A stretch of 43,990 nt of DNA, from contig PXDC01000053.1 in NCBI GenBank assembly GCA_003565135.1, positions 1 through 43,990 on the forward strand. Reading direction: 5' to 3'. Below are positions 16,367 to 25,370 of the stretch, piece by piece. Every line of letters begins with the position of its first letter. The stretch's first letter is position 1. This DNA comes from Verrucomicrobiota bacterium (lineage in GTDB: Bacteria; Verrucomicrobiota; Verrucomicrobiia; Opitutales; T3Sed10-336). A model generated the notes under the pieces. It was not told the origin of the DNA and made no database searches. It saw only the letters and a program-made list of their open reading frames with translations. The translations under genes and the position numbers were made by a program.

Positions 16367-18580
16367 TCAATCCTCCACGTTCACCCGGTAAAAGCGACGC
16401 GGATACGTGGATACCTCTTCCTCGATGAACTCGGCGACGCCGGTACCGTCCGCTTCAATCGTCGCGAGCGGTTCCCAGTTCACCAGGTCCCCGGAAACCT
16501 CCAGGGCGAAGGAGGCGTTGGCTTCCCCGGTTACCTGCACGCGGACATTGCCGTCCGGCGTGCGGCCCGCGGCCACCTGCGGCAGCCCCACAAAAGCCGG
16601 GGGTCCGACTTCGGTCACCTCAAAATTATCGAGGTGGATTTCGTACGGGCCCGTCGGGTAGTTGTCATCACCATCCCTCACCGGCATGAACGCCAAGTGT
16701 TCAATGGTCCCGCGATCGCCGTCCAGTTCCCCGTCGGCGCCGACCCCGGCAAACGCCGTGACCAACTCGTTGGGTATGTCGAAATAAAGGGTCGTCCATT
16801 GCCCGGCCCGGACCAGCCGCGCTTTCGGCGGAACGCTGTCCGGGTCGATATCCCCGCCAATCCATTCGATGCCGTTATGGATGTTTCCATCGCCGGTTCC
16901 TCCGTCTTCACCGATACCGTCGTTCGCGGGACTCAATCCCGGGGCGTGGGTTTCGCGGACCGCAAGGGTTACATAAACATCCTCGTTCGTATGGATATCG
17001 AAGCGCAGGAATTGCTCAAAGCTGATGATCGGATTCCCCAGAGTGGCGACATTGAAGGTCGTCAGGCGCAACCACGGGTTGGCGAGGTCCGCGGCGAAAC
17101 TGAAGTTTACCAGCAGTGACTGGGCCCCCCAGTTCCCTTCCGGAACATCGTCCGTTACCTGGGCCAGGTTGGGAGCCGCCACATTGCCGCTGGTCGATCC
17201 GGAGAAACTGGGTGCCCGGAACATCACCGTCCCGTTGGCCGCGGGCAGCACAATATCCTCGAAGTCGGCAAAACGCACCCCGGTCGGCGCGGGCGCGATG
17301 ACCAGGGCCGCGCCTTCGGTCTCGCGGCTGCCGTGAGTATTGCCGACCTCCACCGAGTACCGGCCGGCGTCGGCCGGAACCGCCTCCGCAAGGGTCAGGG
17401 TGGCGTCGGTGGCACCGGAGATGCGTCCCCCGTCGGTCACCTCCTCACCGTCGCGGAACCACTGGTAATCGAAGGGCTCCTCGCCCTCGACCTCGACGGA
17501 AAACACCGCGTTCTCACCTTCCTCCAACTGAACGGTCCCGGGAACCTCCAGGAAAATAAAGGGCTGCACATCGATTTCGGCACCGCGGCTCAGGGTGGTC
17601 TCGCTGCCGTCGGAAACCGCCACCCGGTAGAGCCCGGCATCGTCGAATTCGGTACCGGTAATCGTTAGGGTGTCGCTGGTGGCACCGGAGACGCGGGGAT
17701 CGGAATCGGCGAGCTCGACGTTGTCCTTCAACCACTGATACGTAAGGGTTCCGGAACCCTCCGCGACCAAGCTCAACTCAAACTCGAAACCGACCGCCAC
17801 TTCGCGGCCCTCCGGATGCTCCACGATATCGATGGCGCGCGCCGCACCCGGATCCTGCGCCAGGTAGACATCGTCGTAATTGGCCGGAAAGTTCGCGGTG
17901 GAAAACGGTCCACCGATATTGACGATCTCCATGGAACCGCCGTTCCACGGGATAGCGGTCCCGTTGGGATCGAGCTCGCCGTTGACATAGATATCGACCG
18001 AGTTTTCAAAGATGACAAACCGGAATTCCTGCCAGCCTTCACTCCGCTCGGCGGCGAGCTGGATCCATCCGGGTCCGGCGAAGACGCGCGCCTGGTAACG
18101 GGTGACGTCGAATTCACCCACCTGCGTCTCGATCCAAAAGGGAGCCGCGAAGATGTTGCCGAACTCGGCGCGCACTTCGGCGTAGTTGGCGCCGGCCACC
18201 AGCACCTCCTCTTCCGCATCCTCGTCGAACTCGGTCGTCATGTGGTCGTATACGCGAAACTGGAAAACAATCGGTTCGTCATCGGTGGGATTGAGATCCA
18301 TGATCTCCCACCAGCCGCGGTTCACTCCGCCGGACATCAGGACACTCTGGTTTGTGGTCCCGTCCGGGTCCTGAGTCACCAGTGGCGCCAGGTCGGGATC
18401 CTGATCGGCCGGAAACAGGGGCCAATCGCCGGTTTCCTGGTCGCCCATCTGGGCGGTCGATGTGTAGCTTTCAAAATCGATATCGATAAATATCTGCTGC
18501 GCGTAAGCGGAAACGGCCGCCACCGCGAAGCACAGAACCAGCAGAGCCGGCAGTTTCAGAACCGAGGATTTGGTATTCAT
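16367..18580 (-). CDS. Secreted acidic multidomain protein: lectin-like beta-sandwich, two Ig (I-set-like) domains, a second beta-sandwich and a putative C-terminal sorting domain
   Basis: Signal peptide ending AVSAYA. Two Ig repeats (LTYQWLKD...DAGLYRVAVS; FDYQWFRD...DAGRYSVEVGN). LamG-like WQEFRFVI..VDIYVNG. C-terminus LEVSGDLVNW...RRFYRV. Confidence 0.8.
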   Translation of the reverse strand: MNTKSSVLKLPALLVLCFAVAAVSAYAQQIFIDIDFESYTSTAQMGDQETGDWPLFPADQDPDLAPLVTQDPDGTTNQSVLMSGGVNRGWWEIMDLNPTDDEPIVFQFRVYDHMTTEFDEDAEEEVLVAGANYAEVRAEFGNIFAAPFWIETQVGEFDVTRYQARVFAGPGWIQLAAERSEGWQEFRFVIFENSVDIYVNGELDPNGTAIPWNGGSMEIVNIGGPFSTANFPANYDDVYLAQDPGAARAIDIVEHPEGREVAVGFEFELSLVAEGSGTLTYQWLKDNVELADSDPRVSGATSDTLTITGTEFDDAGLYRVAVSDGSETTLSRGAEIDVQPFIFLEVPGTVQLEEGENAVFSVEVEGEEPFDYQWFRDGEEVTDGGRISGATDATLTLAEAVPADAGRYSVEVGNTHGSRETEGAALVIAPAPTGVRFADFEDIVLPAANGTVMFRAPSFSGSTSGNVAAPNLAQVTDDVPEGNWGAQSLLVNFSFAADLANPWLRLTTFNVATLGNPIISFEQFLRFDIHTNEDVYVTLAVRETHAPGLSPANDGIGEDGGTGDGNIHNGIEWIGGDIDPDSVPPKARLVRAGQWTTLYFDIPNELVTAFAGVGADGELDGDRGTIEHLAFMPVRDGDDNYPTGPYEIHLDNFEVTEVGPPAFVGLPQVAAGRTPDGNVRVQVTGEANASFALEVSGDLVNWEPLATIEADGTGVAEFIEEEVSTYPRRFYRVNVED

Positions 18581-18784
18581 GATCAGGGATGTCGGGTTGG
18601 GAGTTAGGTATAAGGGAGTACCGGCAACCGCTGGAAACAGAAAACCCTCTTCGAGCCACCGAACATGACAGGGATCAGGAGCTGCGTTTCAATCTTCGGA
18701 ATCAGGGGATAGGTTGAAGCCCGAAAATAAAACCTGTTGCATTGGAGGAGGGACGCGTTCAAACGGACGCCGGGAATAAGTGAT

Positions 18785-18813
18785 ATCATCGGCCCCAATC
18801 TCCACGTTGTCAA
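18785..18813 (-). promoter_or_regulatory. Putative sigma70 promoter for the Ig-domain gene
   Basis: On the minus strand: TTGACA (18813-18808), 17-nt spacer, GATGAT (18790-18785); about 200 nt upstream of the ATG. Confidence 0.55.
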
Positions 18814-18897
18814 ACCTCAAAACAATTTGCGATCAACATAATCGGGGTGCGCGGACGGGTTCCCGCAAATCGTTCCCGACCGGCAGAGCGCGGCCAA

Positions 18898-20625
18898 TCA
18901 CTCCGGGGAAATCCGGGCGGCCAGTGTCCGCGCCGTACGCCGGTCCTCGTCGGTGAGTTCACGATCGAGGACTTCGATCATGGCCGCCGCCTCCTCGTGG
19001 CCGCGCCCGGCGGCGAGAATAAACCATTTCTGGGCTTCCACCGGATCGCGCAGGACGAACCTGCCTTCGTGAAAAATCGTCCCCATCCGCCACTGGGCCT
19101 CCACCAGTCCGCGCAAAGCGGCAAACTCCATGTAAGCGATCCCCTTTTCGAGATCCCGCGACGTACCGGTGCCCTCGAGGTAAAGCCCCCCCACGTTCAT
19201 CATACTCCGCAGGTGTCCGCGGTCGGCGGCGATTAGGAACTGTTCATAGGCCCGTTCCGGGTTGTGCTCCACCCCCCGTCCTTCGTAGTAGAGTGAGCCC
19301 AGGTAAAAATGACCCAGGACGTGCCCGGAATCGGCCAGGTCGGAAAGGTAGCGGTAGCTGCGCTCGTAATCGACGGGGACGTAATCCCCGCGGTAATGGA
19401 TCATACCCAGGTTGAAGATCGCCGCCTGAAACCCCTGCCCGGCCGCGCGCTCGAGCCAGACCATGCCCTGGTCCACGTCCGCCTCGACTCCGACGCCGCG
19501 AAGATAGATCAATCCCAGGTCGTTCTGCGCCGCCGGATGCCCGCCCCGGGCCGCCCGGCTGAACCAGGTATACGCTTTTCCGGCATCCGGCTCCACCCCG
19601 CGCCCCCCCTGGTAGGCCTCGGCCAGTTCCTTCTGCGCCTCGATGTCGCCGGCTTCCGCCGCCGCCAGGAAATGGCCGAAAGCGGCCGATGCGTCCGCCT
19701 CCACCCCGCGCCCCTGCAGGTACGCCCGCGCGATCTCGCGCCGGGCCGCCGGCTCCCCGGCTTCGGCAGCCATCCGAAAGGACTCCAAAGACCGGGCATC
19801 GTCCTGGATATCGCCGTACCCCTCCCGATAAAGGTAACCTAGATCGAGCGCCGCCGCGGCGTGTCCCTGCTCCGCCGCCAGGGCCAGGTACCGGGCCGCG
19901 CGCCCGGGGTTTTTCCAGTATTTCGGATGGGACGGGTCATAGTACACCTGCCCCAGCCGGTACTGGGCCTCGCGGTGACCGGCGTCGGCCGCCCGGGTCA
20001 GGAAGGCGACCGAGTCCCAATCGCCCTCCAGGTCGTCCAGGTCGATTTCCGGCCGTTCCTCGGGCGCGTCCTCCACCACCTCCACCAGGGGAAGCTCGTC
20101 GGGAAACACCAGGAAGAGGCAGATCGCGGCAACCGCCAGGGCCGCCGCCGCCACGCCGCCTTCGCGCAGCCCCTGACCGGCGCGCCGGCGGGCCTGTTTC
20201 GCCGTGTATTCCGGGTATTCCGCGGGGTAATCGCCGGCCTCTTTGAAACGAATTACGGCCGCCGCCAGGTAGATCAGGGCGGCCGCCACCGGGACGTAAC
20301 CCAACAGGACCTCCCCCCAGAATCCGTGCCGGAGAACCAGCAACTGTGCCGCCAGCGAAGCGCCGCCCAAACCGACCACAAACAGCGTGGAGAGCACCAG
20401 AAAAACACGTTCGTGCCATCCGGTCAGGTAGTCGTCGCTCACGTACGCCCGGCGCACGAGCAGCCCGCCGCAGGCCAGCGCGACGCCGACCCCGAGCACA
20501 AACAACCCGACCGGAAAACCGGGAAGGGTTTCGGTGAGGTGGGCGAAAACGTAGGAGAGCACCAGGAACAGGAGGAACACCCCGAGCGCGAGCAGCGCCA
20601 CTCTGCGAAGCAAAGGAAGGATCAT
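18898..20625 (-). CDS. Membrane protein with ~5 N-terminal TM helices and ~9 Sel1-like repeats
   Basis: Five hydrophobic segments followed by repeats such as AQYRLGQVY, AQNDLGLIYLRGVGV, AIFNLGMIHYRG and AQWRMGTIFHEG. Confidence 0.9.
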   Translation of the reverse strand: MILPLLRRVALLALGVFLLFLVLSYVFAHLTETLPGFPVGLFVLGVGVALACGGLLVRRAYVSDDYLTGWHERVFLVLSTLFVVGLGGASLAAQLLVLRHGFWGEVLLGYVPVAAALIYLAAAVIRFKEAGDYPAEYPEYTAKQARRRAGQGLREGGVAAAALAVAAICLFLVFPDELPLVEVVEDAPEERPEIDLDDLEGDWDSVAFLTRAADAGHREAQYRLGQVYYDPSHPKYWKNPGRAARYLALAAEQGHAAAALDLGYLYREGYGDIQDDARSLESFRMAAEAGEPAARREIARAYLQGRGVEADASAAFGHFLAAAEAGDIEAQKELAEAYQGGRGVEPDAGKAYTWFSRAARGGHPAAQNDLGLIYLRGVGVEADVDQGMVWLERAAGQGFQAAIFNLGMIHYRGDYVPVDYERSYRYLSDLADSGHVLGHFYLGSLYYEGRGVEHNPERAYEQFLIAADRGHLRSMMNVGGLYLEGTGTSRDLEKGIAYMEFAALRGLVEAQWRMGTIFHEGRFVLRDPVEAQKWFILAAGRGHEEAAAMIEVLDRELTDEDRRTARTLAARISPE

Positions 20626-21029
20626 GGATTGACGGATGGATCGGTTGATTTACATCGAGAATACAAACGCGCGAAAATCGACGGGATACATGGGTCTCAA
20701 ACTAAGCGGTCCCCTGATTCTGTCCACCTCCGAATGCCCCGGCCCTCCGGGCATTCGGGTTGCGGCCGGGTCCCCGGACCGGTGGTGGAACGCCCGATTT
20801 ATTTTGTTGTCGGCGAAGGTCATCCTGCTATTGCTAAAGGTCCGGTCCGTTCCGTTCGGAACCGACCGGATCGAGCGCAATTCATGGCAGCCAAGCGCAA
20901 ACCGACAGCCGCGCAGCGGACAGTACCTGGAACCCCGCCCCGGCGGCTTCCTCCGGCCATGAACGCGGCGGAGCCGGGCGTTCTCGACCCCGCCACGATA
21001 TCCCAAAAACCCAAACCCGGCTGATTCGC

Positions 21030-22367
21030 ATGAAAACACGCAAACACAAACTCCTGGATTTTTCCCTGCTCATCCTGTTCCTTCTCGCCCTCGGCGGGCT
21101 GGGATTCGGCGTGTATCATTATTTCGGTCCGGGACCGGAAGGCGCGGTGGAGGCCGCCGCCCTCGAGGAGGCCGACCTGGTGCTCTACCTGAATATCCGC
21201 GACCTCGAAACCTCCGCGTTTTCGCGGGCCCTCGACCGCCCGGACGAAGTCGTGCCGCCGGAAGTCGCCCGTTTTCAGAACGCCCTGGGCATCCGCGAGG
21301 AGGACGTGCTGGAGGTCCTGTTCTCGGTGGGCGACATCGGGGCGTTTGCGGAAAACCGCCCGCACGAGGTAAGCATGGCCGGCGCCGTTCGCCTGGCCGC
21401 TGCGCTCGACCTCGACCGGATGGAAGCCGCTGTCAGGGAGACTCTCGAGGAAGGAGATCGAAACCGCCTGGAGCGAACGGAAATCGAAGGGCGCGACGTT
21501 CTTAACTTCCCGGTCCCCGACTCCCCCCTTCTCTTTGCCGCGACCGTCTTCGATCGCGGCGATAACGGCACCACCGTTTACTTTGGCGACGAAAACGCCC
21601 TCCGGGACACGCTGCGGAAGCTCGATTCCCGGCGGGAAAAACATTTGCCCGCCGGCATCCGCGAAGGGAGGGAATCGATTGAAAACGGCGATCACGGATG
21701 GCTTGTGGTCACCCTGAACGACCGGATGCAGGCGCAATTGCGGGAGGGGCTGGCGGCATCGCCGGTCCAACTGGGTCCGGCGGGCGAGGCCCTGGCGTCA
21801 CTGCGCAACGCCGGCATCGGCGTTCGGGCCAACCGCACGCTCGCCCTGCAACTGGTTTTCGGATTCGGGAGCGCGGGCGACGCGGACACCATCCGCGACG
21901 CGCTGAACGAAAACTTTCTTCCCCTGCTGCAGATGATGGCGGCCCAGCAGGTGGAGCGTCCCCCGGCGTTCCTGGAGGACCTCCGGGCCCGGACGCACGA
22001 CGCCACGCTGTCCTTCTCGTTTTCGCTTTCGGCCGAGGATATCAAGAGCGTTCAGGACGCCGTCCCGCAACCCCCTCAACCCCCGCTGACCGGCGAAGCG
22101 GCGGATACACCGCGGGACCCCGCCGAAACGGGGCGAACCGCCGCCCCCGAGCGCACCCCGACAGAGGACGGCAGTTGGCCCCGGTTAACCATCGAAGCCG
22201 TCCTCATGGAGAACCGCGAAGCCGTCATCAACGGCTCGGTAATCGCCGAGCGCGAGGAAATCGAGGGGGTTATCCTTTACGAAGTGGAGCCGCGCGGCGT
22301 TATCCTGCGTCGCAACCGCGAGTACCGATTCGTGCCCGTGGGTGAAACGGTGGAACCGGACAACTGA
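21030..22367 (+). CDS. Membrane-anchored hypothetical protein with a Pro-rich linker and a GspB (T2SS B)-like C-terminal domain
   Basis: Single N-terminal TM helix; QPPQPP linker. The C-terminal WPRLTIEAV...AVINGSVIAEREEIEGVILYEVEPRGVIL resembles the GspB/ExeB C-terminal beta domain. Confidence 0.6.
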   Translation: MKTRKHKLLDFSLLILFLLALGGLGFGVYHYFGPGPEGAVEAAALEEADLVLYLNIRDLETSAFSRALDRPDEVVPPEVARFQNALGIREEDVLEVLFSVGDIGAFAENRPHEVSMAGAVRLAAALDLDRMEAAVRETLEEGDRNRLERTEIEGRDVLNFPVPDSPLLFAATVFDRGDNGTTVYFGDENALRDTLRKLDSRREKHLPAGIREGRESIENGDHGWLVVTLNDRMQAQLREGLAASPVQLGPAGEALASLRNAGIGVRANRTLALQLVFGFGSAGDADTIRDALNENFLPLLQMMAAQQVERPPAFLEDLRARTHDATLSFSFSLSAEDIKSVQDAVPQPPQPPLTGEAADTPRDPAETGRTAAPERTPTEDGSWPRLTIEAVLMENREAVINGSVIAEREEIEGVILYEVEPRGVILRRNREYRFVPVGETVEPDN

Positions 22368-22383
22368 AACAACGGCAGAGGCG

Positions 22384-23091
22384 ATGGAGGTTACCAGCTA
22401 CGGTCAAAGCGATATCGGACGGGTGAGGGAGCGCAACGAGGACGCCTGCCTGCTCCAGGGGACCCGGTCGGTGTTCGCCGTGGCCGACGGGCTCGGGGGA
22501 TTGCCCGAGGGCCAACTCGCCAGCACCACCGCGCTCTCGATCCTGGAGCGGGAACTGGACAAACGCGGAATTCCCCGTGACTGGAAGCCGCTCTTCCACA
22601 AATTGAACGCGGAGATCGTGGTGCTGGGCCGGAGGCTCAGTCCCGAGACCGGAATCGGAACGACCCTGACCAGTGCGGCCCTGCGGGGCGACCGTCTGGA
22701 AATCACCCACGTCGGCGATTCGGCCCTCTACCGGTTCCGGCCCGAAGGAATGGAAAAACTCACCACCGACCACACCCTGGAGGAGGAAATCCGCAGCCGT
22801 CCCGACTACAACCCACTCATCCCCATTCCCCGCCGCCACAGTCACGTGCTGACCCGCTGCCTCGGGCAGATTGAAGACCTGGAAATCGACACCCGGGTCG
22901 AAACCGCCGTTCCCGGAGACCGTTTTATCCTTTGCACCGACGGTATCACCCTCGCCATTACACCCGAGGAAATCCACCCGCGGGTGCTCGCGGCGGCATC
23001 GCCGGAGGCCGTCGTGCGCGAATTGATCGCCTTGGCCAACGAGCGCGGCGGACGCGACAACGCCACGGCCGTGGCGATATTCGTCGATTAG
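22384..23091 (+). CDS. PP2C-family Ser/Thr protein phosphatase (PrpC/Stp1-like)
   Basis: SDIGRVRERNED, VADGLGG, GTTL, HVGDS, LTTDH, LCTDG and GGRDNAT. ATG 22384 is preferred over GTG 22342. Confidence 0.93.
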   Translation: MEVTSYGQSDIGRVRERNEDACLLQGTRSVFAVADGLGGLPEGQLASTTALSILERELDKRGIPRDWKPLFHKLNAEIVVLGRRLSPETGIGTTLTSAALRGDRLEITHVGDSALYRFRPEGMEKLTTDHTLEEEIRSRPDYNPLIPIPRRHSHVLTRCLGQIEDLEIDTRVETAVPGDRFILCTDGITLAITPEEIHPRVLAAASPEAVVRELIALANERGGRDNATAVAIFVD

Positions 23092-23141
23092 TCCCGGAGT
23101 TTTCCCTTGATCCCCCGACCGGTTCGCCGTGCAATCAAGCC

Positions 23142-24359
23142 ATGCGGAAATCCCTACTCTTTTCATTCGTCCCGGTCGTCCTGCTTCTGGCCCCGTCTCC
23201 GCTCCCCGGCGATGCCGTCACCGTTACCGTCGCCGCGGGAGACTGGGACCGGCACGGCACCCCGGTCACCTTTGAATTGCCCGAAGGAGCCCGCGACCAC
23301 CGCTCCCTGGAGGGGCCGGACGGTGAACGGATTCCCCTTCAGGTCGCCCCCGACGGAACCGCCGCGTTTATCCTGCCGCGACTCGCGGCCGGGAGCGACA
23401 TCACCTACCGCCTGGCCGGAACGACCCCCGCCCACGACGTGGCTCCATGGGTCGAAACGGCGAACGCCGACGGACGCGTACGGTTCTCACTTGCCGGTCG
23501 ACCCGCTCTTTACTACCAGGCGGAGGAACGCCCCTTTCCGCGCCCGGACATCAACCCGGTCCTGAAACGGGGCGGATTCCTCCATCCGGTCATCAGCCCC
23601 TCCGGCCGGACGGTCACCTCCAGTTACCCCCCGCGCCACACCCATCACCAGGGGATCTGGGCGCCGTGGACCCGGACCGAGTTCCAGGGGCGCAATCCCG
23701 ACTTCTGGAACATGCACGCCGAAACCGGCCGGGTCGAATTCGAGGAATTGGACCGGCACTGGAGCGGGCCCGTACACGGCGGTTTTCGATCCCGTCACCG
23801 CTTCGTGGACCTGTCCGCCGACGAACCGGTCGTCGCCTTGCGCGAGACCTGGGCGGTGCAACTCTACCAGACCGGCAACACCTCGGCACAACACCACCTG
23901 TTCGACCTCGAGATGGTGCAGAAGGCGGCTACCTCCGACCCGCTCAGACAAATCGAACACCACTACGGCGGCCTTGGCTTCCGGGGACACGACGACTGGA
24001 TGGGAGCGGAAAACACCCATTTTCTCACCTCGGAAGGCGTCACCGGCCGGCAGGAAGGCAACAACACACGAACGCGCTGGACTCATATCAGCGGCGACGT
24101 CGACGGCGAGCGGACCGGCATCGCCATCTTCTGCCACCCGGAAAATTTCCGATTTCCCCAGCCCGTGCGCCTCCACCCCCGCGAACCCTTCTTCTGTTAC
24201 GCGCCCTCCCAATTGGGAGACTGGGAAATCTCGCCCGGGGAACCCTATGTCGCGCGCTACCGGTTTGCGGTCATGGACGGGGAACCGGACCCGGCGGAAC
24301 TCGAACGCCTCTGGAACGACTACGCCCACCCGCCGGAAGTCCGGATCTCGACGCGGTGA
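23142..24359 (+). CDS. Exported DUF6807 ('PmoA family') protein, probably carbohydrate-related; not a methane monooxygenase
   Basis: Signal peptide MRKSLLFSFVPVVLLLA; family-type motifs GFLHPVISPSG, HTHHQGIW, DFW, YGGLGFRG and HPENFRFP. Confidence 0.75.
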   Translation: MRKSLLFSFVPVVLLLAPSPLPGDAVTVTVAAGDWDRHGTPVTFELPEGARDHRSLEGPDGERIPLQVAPDGTAAFILPRLAAGSDITYRLAGTTPAHDVAPWVETANADGRVRFSLAGRPALYYQAEERPFPRPDINPVLKRGGFLHPVISPSGRTVTSSYPPRHTHHQGIWAPWTRTEFQGRNPDFWNMHAETGRVEFEELDRHWSGPVHGGFRSRHRFVDLSADEPVVALRETWAVQLYQTGNTSAQHHLFDLEMVQKAATSDPLRQIEHHYGGLGFRGHDDWMGAENTHFLTSEGVTGRQEGNNTRTRWTHISGDVDGERTGIAIFCHPENFRFPQPVRLHPREPFFCYAPSQLGDWEISPGEPYVARYRFAVMDGEPDPAELERLWNDYAHPPEVRISTR

Positions 24360-24462
24360 TTGTTGATCGGTCCGAACCAGAGGCGAACCGAACCCCGCGT
24401 GACCGCCCGCTCCGCCGGTGTGCGGACGCACCCGGGATTTTCGAATTCTCCGCCCGCCGTCC

Positions 24463-25254
24463 ATGTCCCATCCCACCATCCTGATCACCAACGACGACGG
24501 GCTCGATACGGCCTTTCTGCGGCACCTCGCGGCCGCCCTGGCCGAAATCGGCCGGGTCTACACCGTGGCCCCGGCAACAGAGCAGAGCTGGACCGGAAAG
24601 GCGATGAGCCGCCATCGGGAGGTCGCGGTGCGACCGGTCGAGGGCCACGCCGGTCCGGCCTGGGCGGTGGAGGGAACGCCCGCCGACTGCGTCAATATCG
24701 CGGTGGGACACCTCCTTCCCCGCCGTCCGGACCTCGTCGTCGCCGGGATCAACATCGGGTTCAACGCCGGGCTGCCGCTCATTCTCAGTTCCGGGACCGT
24801 GGCGGCCGCCCTGGAGGGCGCCCTCCTCGGCCTTCCCGCGCTGGCCCTCTCGCAGCACCTGCCGCCGGGGACCTTTAAATCCCTGAAATCGAAGCCCGGC
24901 GCGCTCGACGGCGAGATGCAAAAGTCGCTCGCCGCCGCCGCCGCCTTCGCCACCCGGCTGGCCCGAACGCTCGCCGGCCGGGGGAATCCCCGCAACGTGG
25001 TTCACAACGTCAATTTCCCGTTCCCGGTTCACCCGGAGACCCCGTGCAAAAAAACCGTCCCGGCCCGTTTCAACCTCGGGAGCCTGTACCGGCGATCCTC
25101 ACACAACCGCTTTCACTTCCGGTTGAATCTGCCGGAAGAGGGCCCCCGGGAGGGCCTTTCGGACATGGACTGCCTCAGGAAGGGATGGATCAGTCACGGC
25201 CTGCTCGATTTCGGCGCGCTCGGCAGCCCGGGTTTTTTGCACGAAACCGACTGA
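24463..25254 (+). CDS. surE: 5'/3'-nucleotidase SurE
   Basis: ILITNDDG, VAPATEQS, GTPADCV, GINIGFN and SSGTVAAALEG; ATG at 24463. Confidence 0.93.
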   Translation: MSHPTILITNDDGLDTAFLRHLAAALAEIGRVYTVAPATEQSWTGKAMSRHREVAVRPVEGHAGPAWAVEGTPADCVNIAVGHLLPRRPDLVVAGINIGFNAGLPLILSSGTVAAALEGALLGLPALALSQHLPPGTFKSLKSKPGALDGEMQKSLAAAAAFATRLARTLAGRGNPRNVVHNVNFPFPVHPETPCKKTVPARFNLGSLYRRSSHNRFHFRLNLPEEGPREGLSDMDCLRKGWISHGLLDFGALGSPGFLHETD

Positions 25255-25370
25255 ATGGGCTGGCCATTCTTCCATCGCGGCACCAAATAAAAGGCGGGGT
25301 AAAACGCGTCTAACTCACGGATGATGCCCATCTTCCGCATCGAAACGCGAAACAACCGCCCAGACTTTTC

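Noticed and set aside
23142-24359. Methane monooxygenase (from the 'PmoA family' label)
   Set aside because: A soluble exported protein with no multi-TM PmoA topology and no pmoB/pmoC; the family name is misleading.
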